Shown here: piece by piece, positions 8,464 to 17,611 of the stretch | How the letters are laid out: each line of letters starts with the position of its first letter | Position numbering within the stretch: position 1 is the stretch's first letter | Source of the DNA: Acidimicrobiia bacterium | GTDB taxonomy: Bacteria; Actinomycetota; Acidimicrobiia; Spongiisociales; ZC4RG35 | Assembly: GCA_965215185.1 (NCBI GenBank) | Contig: OZ244034.1 | Location: 1,888,001-1,952,000 of the forward strand | Direction of reading: 5' to 3' | Length of the DNA stretch: 64,000 nt | Notes under the pieces: model-generated | Told to the model about the DNA's origin: nothing | The model's input: only the letters and a program-made list of their open reading frames with translations | The model's database searches: none | Position numbers and translations under genes: made by a program

Positions 8464-9866
8464 TCTTCTTCCTCTTCCCGCATCTGAGATTCCGACGGTT
8501 CCGATCTGCCGGAATCGGCAGGTTCCTGGTCAGCGGCCAAGGCGAGAATCTCCTGGGCGGCCGGTCGTCCAGAGGTGAAGGTCCTCAACACCGCCAAACA
8601 GAAGGAGAGCTGACCTACCAGCGTCAGCAGACCCGACAGTATGGACAATCCCACCAGCAACGAGGCCATACCCACCAGACTCTCCCAACCATCCCCGGTG
8701 GGGCTGACACCGGTATAGGACCCTCCCGTCCAACCGTAACCCGACATCAGTCCGGCGCCCACCAACAGGGCGGAAGTCAAGCCCACCCCCCAGAAGGTGA
8801 AGCGCAGATGAAGCTGGGCAAGCCCCACTCCGGCCATCTTCCGGCCAGTGATCGACGGAAGCGCCTGATACGACCAAGCCGCCACCAGCAGCCCGCCGGC
8901 TCCGAACAGGGCAGCGTAGAGCACACCGTCCCAAAACGGCGTGAGACCCACCACCGCCGCCGCGGAACGGACGGCGCCGAAGCTGGTCAAAGCCGCGGTC
9001 ATCAAAGCGAAAAAGACACCCGCCAAGGCGGCCGCCACCACGGGACGCGTTCTTCGCTCCGCCCAGAACTGATCGGCGGTCAAGGCGAAGTTGGCGGCGT
9101 TGGCCAAAGCAGACACGGGAAGGGCGAGGGTCATCAGGAATGCCACCGCTTCCAACCAACCGGGAACCGGGCCGAAAACCAAGGGGGCGACTCCCGACCA
9201 TGCCGACGCGAAAGCCAGCGACCAGAAACCCACTCTGGCCAACTGCCGGCTGGCGAGAGGGTTTCCCGTCTCCTTCACCAAGGCGTAGTAGGCAAGCCCG
9301 ATTCCCATTCCCACCACCCACAGGTTGGCGAGTCCAAACAGAGCGACCGACTCGGATAGGGCTCCACCCATCGCCGAGGACGCGGGAAGCGCCCCCACCA
9401 GATACAGCAACGGAAGCCACACCACCCCACCCATGGCATACCACAAAGAAACATAGATATTGGGTTCTTGCCGATGCCGGACCGTAGAGATGGTGACCAA
9501 CATCGGCGTCAGCAGGGTCAGGAACAACGGAAGGGCGACCCACCAGGGAAGAGAGAAAGGACCCGTCCCATCTCCCCAACCCAACAACACCACTACCGCG
9601 CCCACCACGGTCACCAGGGCCGTGGCCACTCCCCCCGCCAATGCCAATCCTTCGCCGCGCAGGCGGGCGCCGGTGAGCCTGGGCAGCAAATAGTAGATTC
9701 CACCGACCAGCGACAGGGTCAACCAGCCCATCACGGCCAGCAGCAGGGCGATCGGGCGGATGCGACCGTAGGAGAAGGGCCCGGTCAGCGTCCCCGGGAA
9801 CCGCAGTTCCACCATCGCCGCCACCCACACGACCCCGGCCAGGGCCAAAAAGGCGGTGGAGATCAC
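8460..9866 (-). CDS. CcoN-like polytopic membrane protein lacking heme/Cu ligands (cbb3 subunit I homolog)
   Basis: About 12 TM helices with SYGRIRP, YYLLPRLTG, IYVSLWY and GFWSL scaffold motifs of CcoN; only two His in the protein. Start codon uncertain. Confidence 0.75.
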   Translation of the reverse strand: MISTAFLALAGVVWVAAMVELRFPGTLTGPFSYGRIRPIALLLAVMGWLTLSLVGGIYYLLPRLTGARLRGEGLALAGGVATALVTVVGAVVVLLGWGDGTGPFSLPWWVALPLFLTLLTPMLVTISTVRHRQEPNIYVSLWYAMGGVVWLPLLYLVGALPASSAMGGALSESVALFGLANLWVVGMGIGLAYYALVKETGNPLASRQLARVGFWSLAFASAWSGVAPLVFGPVPGWLEAVAFLMTLALPVSALANAANFALTADQFWAERRTRPVVAAALAGVFFALMTAALTSFGAVRSAAAVVGLTPFWDGVLYAALFGAGGLLVAAWSYQALPSITGRKMAGVGLAQLHLRFTFWGVGLTSALLVGAGLMSGYGWTGGSYTGVSPTGDGWESLVGMASLLVGLSILSGLLTLVGQLSFCLAVLRTFTSGRPAAQEILALAADQEPADSGRSEPSESQMREEEEE

Positions 9867-10181
9867 GATGTGCCATTTGGCAGCGGTATCAGAACCTAAG
9901 GTGTCCGACCACCCAGCGTAAGGCGCGACTCGCTTTTGCGGATGTCCGACTTGATTATTCTTTGTCGTATTCAGAGCGCTACCCCCGGTGGCTCCGGAAA
10001 TGAAAGGTTAGCCATGCTCGCCGCTCCAAAAGATAGCAAGAAAGAAACCCCACCGGGCGCAAGCGGCGCCGAGGGGCGTCAGGGCGGCCTTGGGATGAAA
10101 AAGGGTGCTAAGACTTTGTTTGAAGCACGTTCCGGTGTAAAAATAGAAGTGCTTCGACCCCGGAAGGCCATCTGGTAAGAG

Positions 10182-10811
10182 ATGCACCGCCTCGCTTCTA
10201 TAAGCTACCGAACAAGAATTCTCGTCGGTTGGTCGTCGCTATTGCTGGGAACAGGCCTCCTGGCGGTCGCCGTGCTGTGGATCCACTACTCGAAGCTGCC
10301 GCAGACCGAGATTGTCAACGGAGTGTCGACGGCGGTGGTGGTTGACTACTTCAACTGGATACCCCGAGGCTGGTTCTGGAAAAGCCTCGGTTATCTGGCC
10401 GCCCTGAGCGCCTCCCAGATGATGTTGGTGGGAGCGGCCTTCCTCTGGGTGCTTAACCAAAAGATGACCTGGGCGAGAGCGGCGTTTGCCGCCTTTTTGA
10501 TCTGGATCGAGCTGGTGATGGTGTTCGGGATCGTTCCATCCGAGTGGCTGAACCTCTCTCAGACCGACCTGGACTGGTCGGGACAGCGGATCGCGTTACG
10601 GATCCCTCCGGCCTTGATGCTGGGCAACGAGGTCTCGATTAGTTGGGCGGCCATCAAAGACTCCATTTCAGGCGCCTACAACGTGGGAACGCTGGCCGCC
10701 GCCGGCGTCTTTGCCTACCTGCTCCAGCAGGTCTACAAGCCGCCCAAGAAGCAGGCCGCCAAGGTCAAAGTGTCACCCTATGGGCGGCCGCTGGTGAAGG
10801 GAGATCGTTGA
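10182..10811 (+). CDS. Conserved membrane protein heading the Rieske/cytochrome b operon
   Basis: About 4 TM segments, FGIVPSEWL and C-terminal SPYGRPL; 1 nt from the ferredoxin gene. Confidence 0.7.
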   Translation: MHRLASISYRTRILVGWSSLLLGTGLLAVAVLWIHYSKLPQTEIVNGVSTAVVVDYFNWIPRGWFWKSLGYLAALSASQMMLVGAAFLWVLNQKMTWARAAFAAFLIWIELVMVFGIVPSEWLNLSQTDLDWSGQRIALRIPPALMLGNEVSISWAAIKDSISGAYNVGTLAAAGVFAYLLQQVYKPPKKQAAKVKVSPYGRPLVKGDR

Positions 10812-10812
10812 G

Positions 10813-11262
10813 ATGCCCCGCGGTGTTGTGGACGAGACCCCGCCCTTTCGCGACGATTACCAGCTCACCCTGGTCGACAACAACTTCTATAACGGAAAGA
10901 TCCGTCCCAAACAGTTTCTCCACATCGATCAGTCCGAATGCATCCTTTGCGAGGGCTGTGTGGACATCTGCCCGTGGAAATGCATCTTTTATCTCTCCAT
11001 GGAGGCCATCGACGAAGCGGTCAATGTCGACGATCCCCGCGAGGACCTCACCAACTATGGTTTCTTCGTTGTCGACGAGAACGAGTGCACCCGTTGCGCC
11101 CTGTGCATCGACCGCTGTCCCACCGGCGTCATCTCACTCGGCAAATTCGAAGGTTCTCTGGCCGCCCAGGCTGAAGAAATGGGGCTCAACTCGTCGCCCT
11201 GGGAGGTGGATACCGGCCAGAGGGACTTCAAACATGGCTATACCTATGGAATGCGCTGGTAA
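10813..11262 (+). CDS. 2x[4Fe-4S] dicluster ferredoxin
   Basis: CILCEGCVDICP and CTRCALCIDRCP; no signal peptide. Confidence 0.9.
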   Translation: MPRGVVDETPPFRDDYQLTLVDNNFYNGKIRPKQFLHIDQSECILCEGCVDICPWKCIFYLSMEAIDEAVNVDDPREDLTNYGFFVVDENECTRCALCIDRCPTGVISLGKFEGSLAAQAEEMGLNSSPWEVDTGQRDFKHGYTYGMRW

Positions 11263-11272
11263 GGAGTGAAGC

Positions 11273-12061
11273 GTGAGTAGACAAAACGGCAAACAGGGCC
11301 TTTTGACCAAAGCCCGTACCCATGCGACCGGTTTGATGGGACGGGTCTGGTCCGGCCAGTTCATGGACTCGGTTCTGCGCCCCGGCTCCCCCTTCAAGAA
11401 GGGATACACCGACACTCCTCGTAACCGCTCCTATGTGATCATGAACAACGTGCTGTATCACCTCCATCCGGTGAAGGTGAAACGACACGGTGTGAAGCTC
11501 TCCTACACCCTGTGCCTGGGGGGGATGAGCTTTTTCCTGTTCATTCTCCTGACCATCACCGGCATTTTCCTCATGTTCTATTACGCCCCCACCGCCGAGC
11601 GGGCCTACATAGATGTGCAGGCGCTGTCCACCGACATCGCGTTCGGCTCCCTGATGAGGAACATGCACCGATGGGGCGCCCATCTGATGGTGCTGACCGT
11701 GTTCCTCCACATGTCGAGAGTGTTTTACCACGGGGCTTACAAGCCGCCCCGCGAGTTCAACTGGATAGTGGGAGTCATCCTGTTGCTGTTGACCCTCCTC
11801 CTCTCCTTTACCGGGTATCTGCTTCCCTGGGACCAGTTGGCGCTGTGGGCCGTGACGGTGGGCAGCAACATGGCCGGCTTCGTTCCTGTCATAGGCGCGC
11901 AGGTGAAATTTGCCCTTTTGGGCGGAGTGGAGGTAACCGCGGGAACGCTTTTGCGATGGTATGTGCTCCACGTTCTCTTCCTGCCCTTCATCATCGTGAT
12001 CTTCCTGGCAGTCCATTTCTGGAGAGTCCGCAAAGACGGCGGCATCTCCGGCCCTCTCTAA
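11273..12061 (+). CDS. qcrB: Cytochrome b6-type subunit of a Rieske/cytb complex
   Basis: Four His ligands (HRWGAH...LH; LH-x14-H), CLGG heme-ci cysteine, [16 protein letters not shown], and a GISGPL C-terminus as in cytochrome b6. Confidence 0.9.
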   Translation: MSRQNGKQGLLTKARTHATGLMGRVWSGQFMDSVLRPGSPFKKGYTDTPRNRSYVIMNNVLYHLHPVKVKRHGVKLSYTLCLGGMSFFLFILLTITGIFLMFYYAPTAERAYIDVQALSTDIAFGSLMRNMHRWGAHLMVLTVFLHMSRVFYHGAYKPPREFNWIVGVILLLLTLLLSFTGYLLPWDQLALWAVTVGSNMAGFVPVIGAQVKFALLGGVEVTAGTLLRWYVLHVLFLPFIIVIFLAVHFWRVRKDGGISGPL

Positions 12062-12080
12062 CCATGCAAGGTATGCGCTA

Positions 12081-13028
12081 GTGCCACAAATCCCTGAAGA
12101 ACTGCTGAGACGCTCCGCCGAGGCGAAGGCCAAAGCGCTGGGTTTGCCGGTGGAACAGGTGCTGGCCGAGATGCGAGGGGAAGCTCCGGTCACCGAGATA
12201 GCCGCCGAGTCGGTGTCGGTGCCCGCTCCCCGCTTCGTTCCCACCACAGCCCGCATCCCTGTTTCCGAGATGCCCCCCGACCCGCAGCCGCCCGACCCCG
12301 CCTCGGCGCCGCCGCCCGCCATCACGGCAGTGGACGAGGTGGAAGAAGCCCAAGCCGAAGTAGCCGAGACTCCCGCCGCTGAAGCCCCCACCGCTTCGGA
12401 ACCGGGCGCGCCGGCCGGGGAGAACAGCGCCGGGAACGGACGGCTGGCGGCGGTCGTGTCGGTTCGACCCTCGGTGCCGCCCACCGACCTGCCCAAAGGC
12501 GTACGCCATCAACGACTGCTCACGGTGGTCAAAGCCCGAGCCATCCAACAGGTAAAGGCCGATCCCACCGACAAGGTGAACACCTGGCCGCATCTGATGA
12601 TCACCGAGTTCACCGCCCTCTTGGCGATGACCGCCTTTCTCCTGGTGCTCTCGGTCATCCTTCAGGCGCCTCTCCTGGAGTCGGCCAACTTCAACTCCAC
12701 CCCCAACCCGTCCAAGGCGCCCTGGTACTTCTTGGGCCTGCAAGAGATGCTCTCCTACTTCGATCCGCAGATCGCCGGGGTGACCGTGCCGACGGTGATC
12801 GGGTTAGTGGGATTCATGATGATTCCCTACATAGACCGCAATCCCTCCACCCGCCCGTCGGACCGCAAACTGGCCATCATGCTTTACACCATCTTCCTGG
12901 CCGGGTCGGCGACCCTCACCATCCTGGGGGTGCTGTTCCGTGGCCCCGGGTTCAACTTCGTCTACCCATGGGTTGATGGGGTGTTCTTCGATGACCTGAA
13001 AGACTGGGTTGATTTTGGTGGGCACTGA
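12081..13028 (+). CDS. Subunit IV-like (cytochrome b C-terminal half) with N-terminal RSAEA module
   Basis: WPHL, TPNPSKAPWYFLGLQE (PEWY equivalent) and PYIDRNP; N-terminal module plus Pro/Ala/Glu linker. Confidence 0.85.
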   Translation: MPQIPEELLRRSAEAKAKALGLPVEQVLAEMRGEAPVTEIAAESVSVPAPRFVPTTARIPVSEMPPDPQPPDPASAPPPAITAVDEVEEAQAEVAETPAAEAPTASEPGAPAGENSAGNGRLAAVVSVRPSVPPTDLPKGVRHQRLLTVVKARAIQQVKADPTDKVNTWPHLMITEFTALLAMTAFLLVLSVILQAPLLESANFNSTPNPSKAPWYFLGLQEMLSYFDPQIAGVTVPTVIGLVGFMMIPYIDRNPSTRPSDRKLAIMLYTIFLAGSATLTILGVLFRGPGFNFVYPWVDGVFFDDLKDWVDFGGH

Positions 13029-13056
13029 TGGCCGTTAACTGGATTCGGACGGCCTG

Positions 13057-13920
13057 ATGGGCGGCGTCGAACTGATCATCATCGGTGTGGCGGCGGTCGC
13101 CATCGCCGCCGCGGTGGGTGCCTTCACCATCGCCTTCCGCCGCGCCGAACCCGACCCCGCTTCTCTGTGGCCCAAGAAGCTGGAGCGTGGCGCCCGGAAA
13201 GCGGACCGTTCCACCTCCACCATGGAACTGGTGCTTACCACCGAGGCGGATGCTGTGGACGAGGACGAGGAAGTCGATGCACCAGAATACGAAGCCCCGG
13301 CCCCGGTGGCAGAGCGCTTGGCGCCCATCACCGAATCCCAGGTAATCGTTGAGGCGTCTGCAGAGGAGGTGGGGGTAACCCGCCGACAGTTCTTCAACCG
13401 GTCCCTGGCCGCCATGTCGGTGGCCTGGTTCGGGATCATGGGAATCGAGATCCTGGCCTTCCTGTGGCCCAAGATCACCGGAGGATTCGGAAGCGACGTC
13501 GACGCCGGGAGCGCCGCCGACCTGGTTCCCGAGATGACCGACACCGCGGGCCTGGTAACTCCGGCTTTCATCCCCGACGCCCGCGCCTACGTGGTACCGG
13601 CGCCCGTTGAGATGAGTCAGCAATTCGCTGGCAGAGATGTGGCGGCCGGAGGGCTGATGGCGCTCTACCAGCGGTGCGTCCACCTGGGATGCCGGGTGCC
13701 CTGGTGCGACGACTCCCAGGGCTTCGAATGTCCCTGCCACGGCTCCAAATACAACTCGGTCGGAGAGTATTTTGCTGGCCCCGCACCCCGAAATCTGGAC
13801 CGTTTCTCGGTCCACGTCACCGACGATGGGCGTCTGATAATCAGGACCGGGGTTATAGTGGAAACCCCCCGGGCTAACGCTCAGTCTGTGTCATATCCGC
13901 AAGGCCCCTCCTGCATATAG
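13057..13920 (+). CDS. qcrA: Rieske 2Fe-2S subunit
   Basis: [24 protein letters not shown]; Tat-like TRRQFF before the TM helix; additional N-terminal TM. Confidence 0.9.
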   Translation: MGGVELIIIGVAAVAIAAAVGAFTIAFRRAEPDPASLWPKKLERGARKADRSTSTMELVLTTEADAVDEDEEVDAPEYEAPAPVAERLAPITESQVIVEASAEEVGVTRRQFFNRSLAAMSVAWFGIMGIEILAFLWPKITGGFGSDVDAGSAADLVPEMTDTAGLVTPAFIPDARAYVVPAPVEMSQQFAGRDVAAGGLMALYQRCVHLGCRVPWCDDSQGFECPCHGSKYNSVGEYFAGPAPRNLDRFSVHVTDDGRLIIRTGVIVETPRANAQSVSYPQGPSCI

Positions 13921-13930
13921 GGGAGATATT

Positions 13931-15637
13931 GTGGATTCCTCGCTAGTAATAACCCTGGTGGTGGTGGGAGCCGTAATCTGGCTCTCCTTTTTGGGAGTGG
14001 CCGCCCTGCGCTCCCGACGGCGGGAAGGAATCCCTCCCAACCAGGCGCCGGGCGTCACCGACGACGCTTTGGAAACCCGCCGCCTGGAACGTATCCAACA
14101 GGCCGCCGTCCTGCTGTCGGCCTTCCTGGCGGTGGGGCTGGCTGTTTACTACCTGAGCGAAACCGATCGACAGGAAAGCTTCGTGGACCAGTTCCACGAG
14201 GAGTCGGTGGAACGCGGCGCCGAACTGGTCGGGCCCGACGAGGCCGACTGCTGGAGTTGTCACGGCCCCAGCGGAGTGGGAGGTGTGGCCAGCTATGTGG
14301 AGAAGCGCACCGGGGTGAACGTGTCATGGTCGGCGCCTTCACTCGATGACATCTTCTTGCGTTATGACCGTGACATAATCACCTATTGGGTGACCTATGG
14401 GCGAGGCAACTCCCCCATGCCGCCGTGGGGCACGGTGGGAGGCGGTCCCATGAACGAACAACAGGTTTTCGACATCGTCAACTACCTGGAAAGTATCCAA
14501 CTCTCTCAGCAGAACATCCTCCGCAAGGCCGACACCATCGTGGTGGGTCAGCTGAGTGTTCTGGAGAATGCCGACCAGGCCCTGGAAAAGGCCATTATCG
14601 AACAGCGCCAACTGATCGCCGACATCGAGGCGGCGCCCCGGTACGCCGAGATGATGGCCAATCTGGTAGCGCTCGCCCGCCAGAGCCTGAATGGCTCGGA
14701 CCGGGGGATCGATCGCGACGGTGACAACTTGTCGGACGTTTCAGAAGTGACGATCTCCCAACTGACCGCTGCCGCAGCGGCCCTGTTCGACATCAATCAG
14801 ATCGAGGCTCTGACATTCGATCCGCAGAATCCCGCCACTGACGGCCGTCCCGACGCAGATGTAGCCGACCATGCCATCTCCCATCTGCAGGAGGTGGTGC
14901 CCCAGGTGCCGATTCTCGAGTTGCGCGTGCAGTCCATCAGAACGGCGCTGCTGGCCGAGGACGAGGAGGACTCCGACGGTGACCAACTCTCCGATCGGGC
15001 GGAAAGAGTGCTAACCGCCGAACTGGCCATCGCCAGGACGGCGCTTCGCCCTAATACCTTGACAGTGGTGAACCTCGACCCGGAGCGTGCTTCTTCGGGT
15101 GGGGGAGTCAACGATGATCAAACCGCCGCCACCGCCGTCTCGGGTATGGAGGCCGCCGCCGTAAACCTGGCGGTACGAACCGAAAACGGCGAGCGGCTGC
15201 TCGGTCCGGCCCGGGCGGGACTGGAAGAGTTACTGGCCGCCCAGGAGCAGCGGAAATGGGAGATAGACCTGGAAGGCGTGGCCGCGGCCGCCTTCTTTGG
15301 AAATTCGGAGCAGGCCTCCCGGGCGGTCGGTGTGTTCACCGGGTATTGCGCGCGCTGCCACACTTCCGGCTGGTCGGCGGGGACCCCCTACGCTGCTCAA
15401 CCCGGCTCGGGGGGATTCGGGCCGGCGCTTTGGAAGGGCCGACCGCATGTTCAGTTCCTAAACAAGGAGAAACTGCGCTCCTTCCTGTTGGTGGGAGCGG
15501 TTGCGGACCGGCCTTACGGAGTGAACGGATTCGGAAATGGCCAGATGCCCGCCTTCGGGACGGTGCTCTCATCCGACGACCTGGACCTGCTGGTGGAGTA
15601 CTTGTGGGCAGGGAATCTTAACGGCAAGGGAACCTAA
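13931..15637 (+). CDS. Membrane-anchored diheme cytochrome c with a large insert
   Basis: CWSCH...MPPWG and CARCH...MPAFG; two N-terminal TMs; two DxDGDxLSD motifs in the insert. Confidence 0.85.
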   Translation: MDSSLVITLVVVGAVIWLSFLGVAALRSRRREGIPPNQAPGVTDDALETRRLERIQQAAVLLSAFLAVGLAVYYLSETDRQESFVDQFHEESVERGAELVGPDEADCWSCHGPSGVGGVASYVEKRTGVNVSWSAPSLDDIFLRYDRDIITYWVTYGRGNSPMPPWGTVGGGPMNEQQVFDIVNYLESIQLSQQNILRKADTIVVGQLSVLENADQALEKAIIEQRQLIADIEAAPRYAEMMANLVALARQSLNGSDRGIDRDGDNLSDVSEVTISQLTAAAAALFDINQIEALTFDPQNPATDGRPDADVADHAISHLQEVVPQVPILELRVQSIRTALLAEDEEDSDGDQLSDRAERVLTAELAIARTALRPNTLTVVNLDPERASSGGGVNDDQTAATAVSGMEAAAVNLAVRTENGERLLGPARAGLEELLAAQEQRKWEIDLEGVAAAAFFGNSEQASRAVGVFTGYCARCHTSGWSAGTPYAAQPGSGGFGPALWKGRPHVQFLNKEKLRSFLLVGAVADRPYGVNGFGNGQMPAFGTVLSSDDLDLLVEYLWAGNLNGKGT

Positions 15638-15640
15638 GTA

Positions 15641-16000
15641 ATGCGTGAACTGTTTCGCTCGCTGCTATCGGCCAACCTGTTCGTCACCGGGATCATCCTG
15701 CTGGTGACGGCGATCTTGGTCTTCTACGGCACCGTCTACCTTCTCAACTACACCAACCTAGGAAAGAAGCTGGCGTTCCTGGTGACCGGGGCCGGGATCT
15801 CGGCCTGGATGACCATAGGCAGCATGCTCTTCGTCCTCTACGCTCCCCGCGGCCCCCGCCCGGCCAACATCGAGGGACTCAACGCCTTCGAAGTGCGGAT
15901 CATCCCCATCACTTTCACAGTGGTCTCGGCCGTTCTTTTCATCGGATTCCTGGTAGCCCTCCACCAATACGAAGAAGCCCGAGAAAAAGCCGACCTTTAA
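15641..16000 (+). CDS. Small 3-TM membrane protein, last gene of the operon
   Basis: Three hydrophobic segments; 3 nt after the cytochrome c stop. Confidence 0.7.
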   Translation: MRELFRSLLSANLFVTGIILLVTAILVFYGTVYLLNYTNLGKKLAFLVTGAGISAWMTIGSMLFVLYAPRGPRPANIEGLNAFEVRIIPITFTVVSAVLFIGFLVALHQYEEAREKADL

Positions 16001-16118
16001 GGCCCCGGCATTAAGCCGACCCAAGGGGCATCCCTGATCGCAAAGCCTCAAACGGCCCCTCTTTCACATTAAGCTCTGGCGAATGGTCTCTGCTAGACGG
16101 TCCTTTCGTGCCCGGCGC

Positions 16119-17429
16119 ATGGGACGCGCATCGCACGGCAGACTGCTGATCGCCTTGGCGCTATTCGGACTGCTGACCGCTTCCTGTAGCGGGTCCGCGC
16201 CAACCGAGCACCTCGGTGACGGCTCCCTGGGATTCGTGGAGGTGGAGCGGGGTGAGACCATCCAAATTCGATCCGTATACACCAATCCCGGAGATATCGC
16301 CCTGTTGGGCAACTCCGCGGAGAAGGCGATCGTGTTCGCCGTGGAGGACTACGGCCCCATCCGCGGGTACGATGTTGACCTCGGCGTGGGACTCGATGAC
16401 ATGTGTTCCCCCGAAGGAGGAATGATTACCGGCTCACTGGTCATCGCCGAGGGGAACGTGCTGGGCGTGATCGGCACCAACTGTTCGGCGGCGGCCGCCG
16501 AGGCGGCGCCGCTCATCACCAGTGCGGGCATGGTCTTGATCTCCCCATCCAACACCGCCCCGTCACTCACTTCGGATCTGGCCGGCAACGAGGGCAGCAG
16601 TCACTTCCCCGGCTACTACCGAACCGCCCACAACGATCTGATTCAAGGCGAATCCGTGGCGCATTTCCTGTTCGGAGAGGGTGTCTCTACCGCGGCCGTC
16701 GTTCACGACGGCGGCCCCTATACGATGGGGTTGGCTTCGGCCTTCTCCAACGCATTCGAGGAACACGGCGGCGCCATCACCGGTACTTGGGAAGTGGACC
16801 GCAGAGAGCAGGATCTGGTCCCGGTTCTCACCGAGATAGCCGCCGGTGAGCCAGAAGCCCTGTTCTTCCCGCTTTTCTTCCCGACCGGCGGTTTCTTGGT
16901 GAAGCAGGCAGCTGAGATGCCTGCCTTTTCGGAGACGGTGTTCGCCGCCGCCGACGGTCTGCTCAACGATGATTTTCTATCGGTGCCCGAAACCGAGGGC
17001 ATGTTTATCTCCGGTCCCGATACCCGTTTCGGAGACAACTACAACCAAAGCACCGGACAGAGCGCCGCCGACCTGCTGGCACGCTATCAGGAGACGGTGG
17101 GCTCGGCTCCCACCGGCACATTCTGGGGCCACGCCTACGACGCCACCACCCTGCTCTTGGACGCCATTAACGCCTCCTCTTACCTGCGCTCCGGAGGCAA
17201 CACCCTGGTGATAGATCGGGCCGGACTACGCCAATACCTCGACAACCTGTCCGGCTTCCAAGGAGTGACCGGGATTCTCAGCTGCGACCAATTCGGAGAC
17301 TGCGGCACCTCCCGGGTGGTGATCCACGAACACCTGGATTCCACCAATATCGAAGCCACCAGGCAGAGCGTGGTCTTCGAAGTCGGACCCGACGGTCAAC
17401 AGACACCGGCTTCGCTCACCGGACACTAA
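16119..17429 (+). CDS. Branched-chain amino acid-type ABC substrate-binding lipoprotein
   Basis: Lipobox LTASC; DDMCSPEGG, GTNCS, ISPSNTAP, YYRTAHND and HAYDAT motifs. Alternative start at 16083. Confidence 0.85.
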   Translation: MGRASHGRLLIALALFGLLTASCSGSAPTEHLGDGSLGFVEVERGETIQIRSVYTNPGDIALLGNSAEKAIVFAVEDYGPIRGYDVDLGVGLDDMCSPEGGMITGSLVIAEGNVLGVIGTNCSAAAAEAAPLITSAGMVLISPSNTAPSLTSDLAGNEGSSHFPGYYRTAHNDLIQGESVAHFLFGEGVSTAAVVHDGGPYTMGLASAFSNAFEEHGGAITGTWEVDRREQDLVPVLTEIAAGEPEALFFPLFFPTGGFLVKQAAEMPAFSETVFAAADGLLNDDFLSVPETEGMFISGPDTRFGDNYNQSTGQSAADLLARYQETVGSAPTGTFWGHAYDATTLLLDAINASSYLRSGGNTLVIDRAGLRQYLDNLSGFQGVTGILSCDQFGDCGTSRVVIHEHLDSTNIEATRQSVVFEVGPDGQQTPASLTGH

Positions 17430-17504
17430 ATCGGACCACCGCACGCTGCACGGGAGGAGACAACTGGCGGCCTTCGCCAAGGTATCTCCATCTCGGCAAA
17501 CCCT

Positions 17505-17611
17505 TACCTCAAGACGAGCCAACCCCTGAGGATGGTCTTGAGGTAGGCCTACCTCTCGCCCTCAAGTAGGCCTACCCTTCGTCCTCAAATAGGTCTACCC
17601 CTCGTCCTCCG
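17505..17611. repeat. 11-bp inverted repeat plus three tandem ~23-bp units containing GTAGGCCTAC-type palindromes
   Basis: tacctcaagac/gtcttgaggta at 17505-17545; units at 17543-17565, 17566-17588 and 17589-17611, the last containing the flotillin stop codon. Confidence 0.75.

Noticed and set aside
9867-10181. Rex operator in the respiratory divergent promoter
   Set aside because: No TTGTGAA-N4-TTCACAA-like site found; only a 7-bp inverted repeat (gaagcac/gtgcttc).
16020-16060. c-di-GMP-I riboswitch-like CGCAAAGCC
   Set aside because: The upstream GGCAAAC/GAAA tetraloop stem is absent.
17543-17611. CRISPR array
   Set aside because: The units are directly adjacent with no spacers, and there are no cas genes.
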